Shown here one piece after another: positions 60,333-64,000 of a DNA stretch of 64,000 nucleotides. Made by a program: the position numbers and the translations under genes. The notes under the pieces were generated by a model. It was not told the origin of the DNA, searched no databases, and saw only the letters and a list, made by a program, of their open reading frames with translations. Source of the stretch: Thermodesulfobacteriota bacterium. Lineage in GTDB: Bacteria; Desulfobacterota; Thermodesulfobacteria; Thermodesulfobacteriales; Thermodesulfobacteriaceae. Every line of letters starts with the position of its first letter. The stretch's first letter is position 1. The stretch is from the NCBI GenBank assembly GCA_030550555.1, contig JAUQPD010000007.1:17563-81562 (forward strand), read 5' to 3'.

Positions 60333-62555
60333 ATGATGAACCCAGTTGAAATTCACAAAAAGCTTAGGGAACTTTTGGAGCTAGCAGAATATGTGAGAGA
60401 CATAAAAGGTGAGGACTTTGAAGGTATAGAGGAACTTTATAGAGAAATACACAGGACCTATCACAATTTTTATGAATTGCCTCCAGAGGATATAGACAAC
60501 CTTTCAAGAGAGTGGGAATTTAAGCTCAAAAACATTCTAGAAATTGCAGAAAAAACGCTTACACCCTATGAGATAGTTAAGATAGTTAGACATCCTCAGC
60601 GATTTACTCTTATGGATATTTTAGAAAATGTTTATGACAGTTTTATGGAACTTGGTGGTGAGGGAGAGTTAAATATAGATCCTGCAATTGTATGTGCAAA
60701 GGCTTTGATTAGTAGAAGAGTTGGTGACGAAGTATATTTTCACCAGGTGATGGTTATTGGGCATGAAAAGGGTCATGGTGAGGAGTATAGAAGAGGCGGA
60801 AGTGCTACTCCTTGGGGCAATGAAAAGGCCCTAAGATATATGAGAATGGCTGAAACAGAAGGAATTCCTATCCATTTCTTTATCTTCACTCCAGGAGCCT
60901 ATCCTATTGAGGACTATCCAGGTGCAGCTCAACAGATTGCAAGAAATCTCTATTATATGAGCAAATTGTCTGTACCTACTATATCTTTCATCTCCGAAGG
61001 GGGATCAGGGGGAGCAGAGGCAATTGGACTGACAGATCTGAGGCTAATGGCTGAAAAGGGTTATTATTCTGTAATTAGTCCTGAAGGGGCAGCAGCTATT
61101 GAAGCCAAATTGAAGGATGAAAGACCTCCTAGAGAGCTTGTGGAGAAGATGGCAAAGGCTCTCAAGTTAACTGCCCGTGACAATTTGGAATTAGGAACAA
61201 TTGATCGCATTATCCCTGAGCCTCCGCTTGGAGCAAGAAGAAAAGATTATGAGTTCTTTAAAAGACTTAAAATTGAGTTAATAAAAGCAACTGATGAGGT
61301 TGTTCTTCAGACTAGAAGCCTAAAGGTCCTGAGGAAATATGCTCTTTCAAAACATAGTGAAGAGGGATTTCCATTCTATATAAATTGGGAGCTCTCTGAG
61401 GATGAAAAGGAGGTTCTTTTAGAAAATCGTAGGAAAAAATATAGAGAAATGACCCGATGGGCGGTTCTTGAAAGTAAAGGGATCTGGAAAAGTCTCTCAG
61501 AAAAAGGTGTAAGGATAACTCAGAACCTTGCCTATGAAGTAAAATATCAAATTTTCAAGAGGGGACAGAAAACATTTAAGAGATTTTGGGATGAACTTTG
61601 GAGTGAATCTTCTATACTTCTTAAACCTGTATCAGATCCTGTTAAGAGTGTATATAATCTCATTGTAGGAAAAAAGGTAAAACCTAAGGTGAGGATTCTT
61701 GCAGATTTAGAGGAAGACACTTTTACCTATCAGAGTCCTCTTGCTCTTCAGGATCGCACTGTAACTTGTCCACAAGCTGAAAAGTACGGCTGTCCTGATT
61801 TATGGGTGCCTGATCTTTACGGTGAGTTCTGTGGAGTTTGTCCCAGTTGTGGATATCATTTCCCTCTAGAGTATTACTGGTATCTTAATAACATATTTGA
61901 CAAAAATTCAATTAAGTTTTTCAACGAAGATCTAAGTTCCTGTAATCCATTGAATTTTGAGGGATATGCAGAAAAACTAAAGAAAGCAAGGGAGGAAACA
62001 GGACTTAACTCTGCGCTACTCTCATTTGAGGCAAAGATTGGAGGAATTTCTTTAATTGCTGTTATGCTTGTTGCAGATTTCAGACAGGGAACCGTAGGAG
62101 TAGCTGAGGGTGAAAAGTTTATTAGGGCAATAGAGCTTGCAATGGTCTCTAGAAGACCCTTTCTTGCCCTTGTGCATACGACTGGGGGAATCCGAATTCA
62201 TGAGGGAACAACTGGAGTTGTTCAAATGCCAAGATGCACTATGGCTGTAAGGGAGTATGTTGATAGTGGTGGTCTTTATATAGTGGTCTATGACAACAAT
62301 TCCTATGCAGGACCTGTTGCTAGCTTTCTCGGATCTGCCCCTTATCAATTTGCTCTCAAATCTACTCGTCTTGGTTTTGCAGGACCGAGAGTTATTCTTG
62401 AAACAACTGGTCAACCAGTTCCGCCAGACTATCACAGCGTAGAAAATGCCCTTAAAAGAGGCCACATTCAGGGTATTTGGGATAGAAGGGAATTGAGAAA
62501 GAAATTATTTTTTGCTCTCCTCACAATGGGCGGACCAAATCTCTATTACAGGTAA
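60333..62555 (+). CDS. Fused acetyl-CoA carboxylase carboxyltransferase, with an AccA-like N-half and an AccD-like C-half
   Basis: The N-half has VRHPQRFT, IGHEKG, TPGAYP, EGGSGGA and VISPEGAAAI (AccA). The C-half has a Cys cluster ending CPSCGYHF and then GFAGPRVI (AccD). A linker of about 130 aa joins them. Confidence 0.85.
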   Translation: MMNPVEIHKKLRELLELAEYVRDIKGEDFEGIEELYREIHRTYHNFYELPPEDIDNLSREWEFKLKNILEIAEKTLTPYEIVKIVRHPQRFTLMDILENVYDSFMELGGEGELNIDPAIVCAKALISRRVGDEVYFHQVMVIGHEKGHGEEYRRGGSATPWGNEKALRYMRMAETEGIPIHFFIFTPGAYPIEDYPGAAQQIARNLYYMSKLSVPTISFISEGGSGGAEAIGLTDLRLMAEKGYYSVISPEGAAAIEAKLKDERPPRELVEKMAKALKLTARDNLELGTIDRIIPEPPLGARRKDYEFFKRLKIELIKATDEVVLQTRSLKVLRKYALSKHSEEGFPFYINWELSEDEKEVLLENRRKKYREMTRWAVLESKGIWKSLSEKGVRITQNLAYEVKYQIFKRGQKTFKRFWDELWSESSILLKPVSDPVKSVYNLIVGKKVKPKVRILADLEEDTFTYQSPLALQDRTVTCPQAEKYGCPDLWVPDLYGEFCGVCPSCGYHFPLEYYWYLNNIFDKNSIKFFNEDLSSCNPLNFEGYAEKLKKAREETGLNSALLSFEAKIGGISLIAVMLVADFRQGTVGVAEGEKFIRAIELAMVSRRPFLALVHTTGGIRIHEGTTGVVQMPRCTMAVREYVDSGGLYIVVYDNNSYAGPVASFLGSAPYQFALKSTRLGFAGPRVILETTGQPVPPDYHSVENALKRGHIQGIWDRRELRKKLFFALLTMGGPNLYYR

Positions 62556-62561
62556 TCGACG

Positions 62562-63218
62562 ATGAAGATAGACTTCTCTCAATTAACAGAGCTTCTTCAA
62601 GAGTTAAAACAAAATCCCTACAAATTATACCCTGTCTATACTCCTCATACTGGAAAAATTTTAGAATTTTTGGTCAAGGAAGGTGATGCTGTTAGGGGGC
62701 CAACCGGGACCTGGCTCGAGAAACCTGGAACACCTCTCTTTGTTCTTGAACGAGAAAAAAATCCCAAGATTATTAGAGCATCCCATAATGGAATTGTACA
62801 AGATCTCAGATTAGACCTTGTCAATAAATTTGTTGAAGCTGGTGAACAGGTCTTAACCATCAGACATCCCCTTTCTCAAGAAGAAGTCATATCTGAAATC
62901 CTATTATCTGCTCTCTTAATAGTGAGAGCTCCCGAGACCGCAAGATATATTTTAAGTCCTGATCTTGCTAAAAAACTTGAAAAGGAAGGACTTGGAAAGG
63001 TTAGAGTTAAAACTGGTGACGAGTTGCTAATTATGACCTTTATGAAAAGAGAAACTCCAATTACATTGAGTCAAGAAGGACAATTTGTAATTTTTCAACT
63101 GTATTTTAAGCCATTCGAATTAGTTCAAAGTGGCTCACCTCTTATTGGACTCTGTCCTGTAGAGGATCTTCCCAACCTGGAAAAGTTGATTACTCGTATA
63201 AAAGAAGAGTGGTCTTAA
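62562..63218 (+). CDS. Biotin-carrier-like protein with two biotinyl/lipoyl-like domains (non-canonical)
   Basis: The C-terminal domain VKTGDELLIMTFMKRETPI...GSPLIGL aligns to the BCCP hairpin (EAMKM becomes TFMKR). The N-terminal domain VYTPHTGKILEF.VKEGDAV...LFVLEREKNPKIIRA...GEQVLTI has EREK at the same place. Confidence 0.5.
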   Translation: MKIDFSQLTELLQELKQNPYKLYPVYTPHTGKILEFLVKEGDAVRGPTGTWLEKPGTPLFVLEREKNPKIIRASHNGIVQDLRLDLVNKFVEAGEQVLTIRHPLSQEEVISEILLSALLIVRAPETARYILSPDLAKKLEKEGLGKVRVKTGDELLIMTFMKRETPITLSQEGQFVIFQLYFKPFELVQSGSPLIGLCPVEDLPNLEKLITRIKEEWS

Positions 63219-63988
63219 GTAAAAGTCTTTCTCTCCCTTCTGTCATAGGGGGAGAAATCTGGTTTTTCCCGACTTTACAAAGTGGCTTTGAAAAGGCAAG
63301 AGAGCTTTTAGAACTCTACCCTAAGACTGCTCATGGACGCATCATAGTTGCTGGAGAAATCCTCCATGCAAAGGGTCGATTTAAAAGAATTTGGTATGCA
63401 AGTAAAGGTGGACTTTGGATAAATATTACACTTTTTGATGAACTATATGAGGAAAGCAAAGGATTGCTATCACTTATCTGGGGACTATCAATCGTCAGAA
63501 CCTTGAGAGAACTAAAGATCAATGAGGCCTATGTTAAGTGGATAAATGATGTTCATGTTAAAGGAAAAAAACTTGCAGGAGTCCTTCAAGAGCATGTGGG
63601 AGAGTGGATTCTTATTGGTATCGGAATAAATATAAACAATGAAATACCTTACAATCTTCCTGCAATAAACCTTAAACATATCTTAGGCTATGAAATATCA
63701 CCTTATTACTTCCTTGGTAAACTATTGGGGTGGATAAATCATTATTATAGCCTAATATGGGATTTAGAAAAAAAAGAAGAAAATATATTAGACCAAAATC
63801 CTATAATAGAGGATATGAAAAAACTTTCAGACACTATTAATAGATGTGTCTACTACAGTTATAATCTCGATATTCCTAATAGCGGAGTATATGGTTATAC
63901 TAAAGGTTTCACTAACAAAGGAGGACTTCTTCTTGATACCGGTGAAGTCCTCCTTGAACTTTATTCTGGTGAAATACTTTATTTATAG
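63209..63988 (+). CDS. Biotin-protein ligase, catalytic-domain-only type (BirA-like, no HTH)
   Basis: The motifs AKGRFKRIWYASKGGLWINI and KWINDVHVKGKKLAGVL match the GRGRxGRxW.S..G.L and KWPND....KK.AGIL motifs of BPLs. It has a GTG start overlapping the upstream stop by 10 nt. Confidence 0.7.
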   Translation: MVLSKSLSLPSVIGGEIWFFPTLQSGFEKARELLELYPKTAHGRIIVAGEILHAKGRFKRIWYASKGGLWINITLFDELYEESKGLLSLIWGLSIVRTLRELKINEAYVKWINDVHVKGKKLAGVLQEHVGEWILIGIGININNEIPYNLPAINLKHILGYEISPYYFLGKLLGWINHYYSLIWDLEKKEENILDQNPIIEDMKKLSDTINRCVYYSYNLDIPNSGVYGYTKGFTNKGGLLLDTGEVLLELYSGEILYL

Positions 63989-64000
63989 TATTGAAACTCT

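Overview
This is a 64-kb chromosomal window from a low-GC (about 40% by eye) bacterium with K/E/I-rich proteins, probably a thermophilic anaerobe. The gene content resembles sulfur-metabolising Thermodesulfobacteriota-like lineages, but taxonomy cannot be verified here. I call about 60 protein genes and one tRNA-Asn. I saw no rRNA, CRISPR array, transposase, integrase or phage genes. Most of the window is housekeeping: gyrB 3' end, hpt, recA, eno, uvrB, rsmB, a liv-type ABC transporter, argD, rho, tig-clpP-clpX-lon, hemL, ilvC, leuCD, aspS and purA. Six things deserve a second look. (1) Two same-frame ORFs encoding an exported multi-rhodanese protein are separated only by a TGA that sits inside the first rhodanese active-site loop, with a hairpin just downstream; this is a candidate selenoprotein. 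(2) A five-gene YedE-TusA-DsrE-like sulfur-trafficking cluster ('YTD'-type) ends in two small proteins that look to me like degenerate DsrF/DsrH. (3) A polX gene is tightly coupled to a shortened UvrA paralog that seems to keep only one competent ATP site. (4) A compact acetyl-CoA-carboxylase-like cluster contains a divergent biotin carboxylase, an AccA-AccD fusion, a tandem biotinyl-like carrier and a short BirA. (5) An ~800-bp very low-GC patch lies inside a DUF1015 gene, within an operon of unknown-function genes. (6) Two small secreted lysine-rich proteins are present; one is missing from the ORF track and one is paired with a mini cytochrome c. All functional calls come from reading motifs by eye. 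No database search was run.
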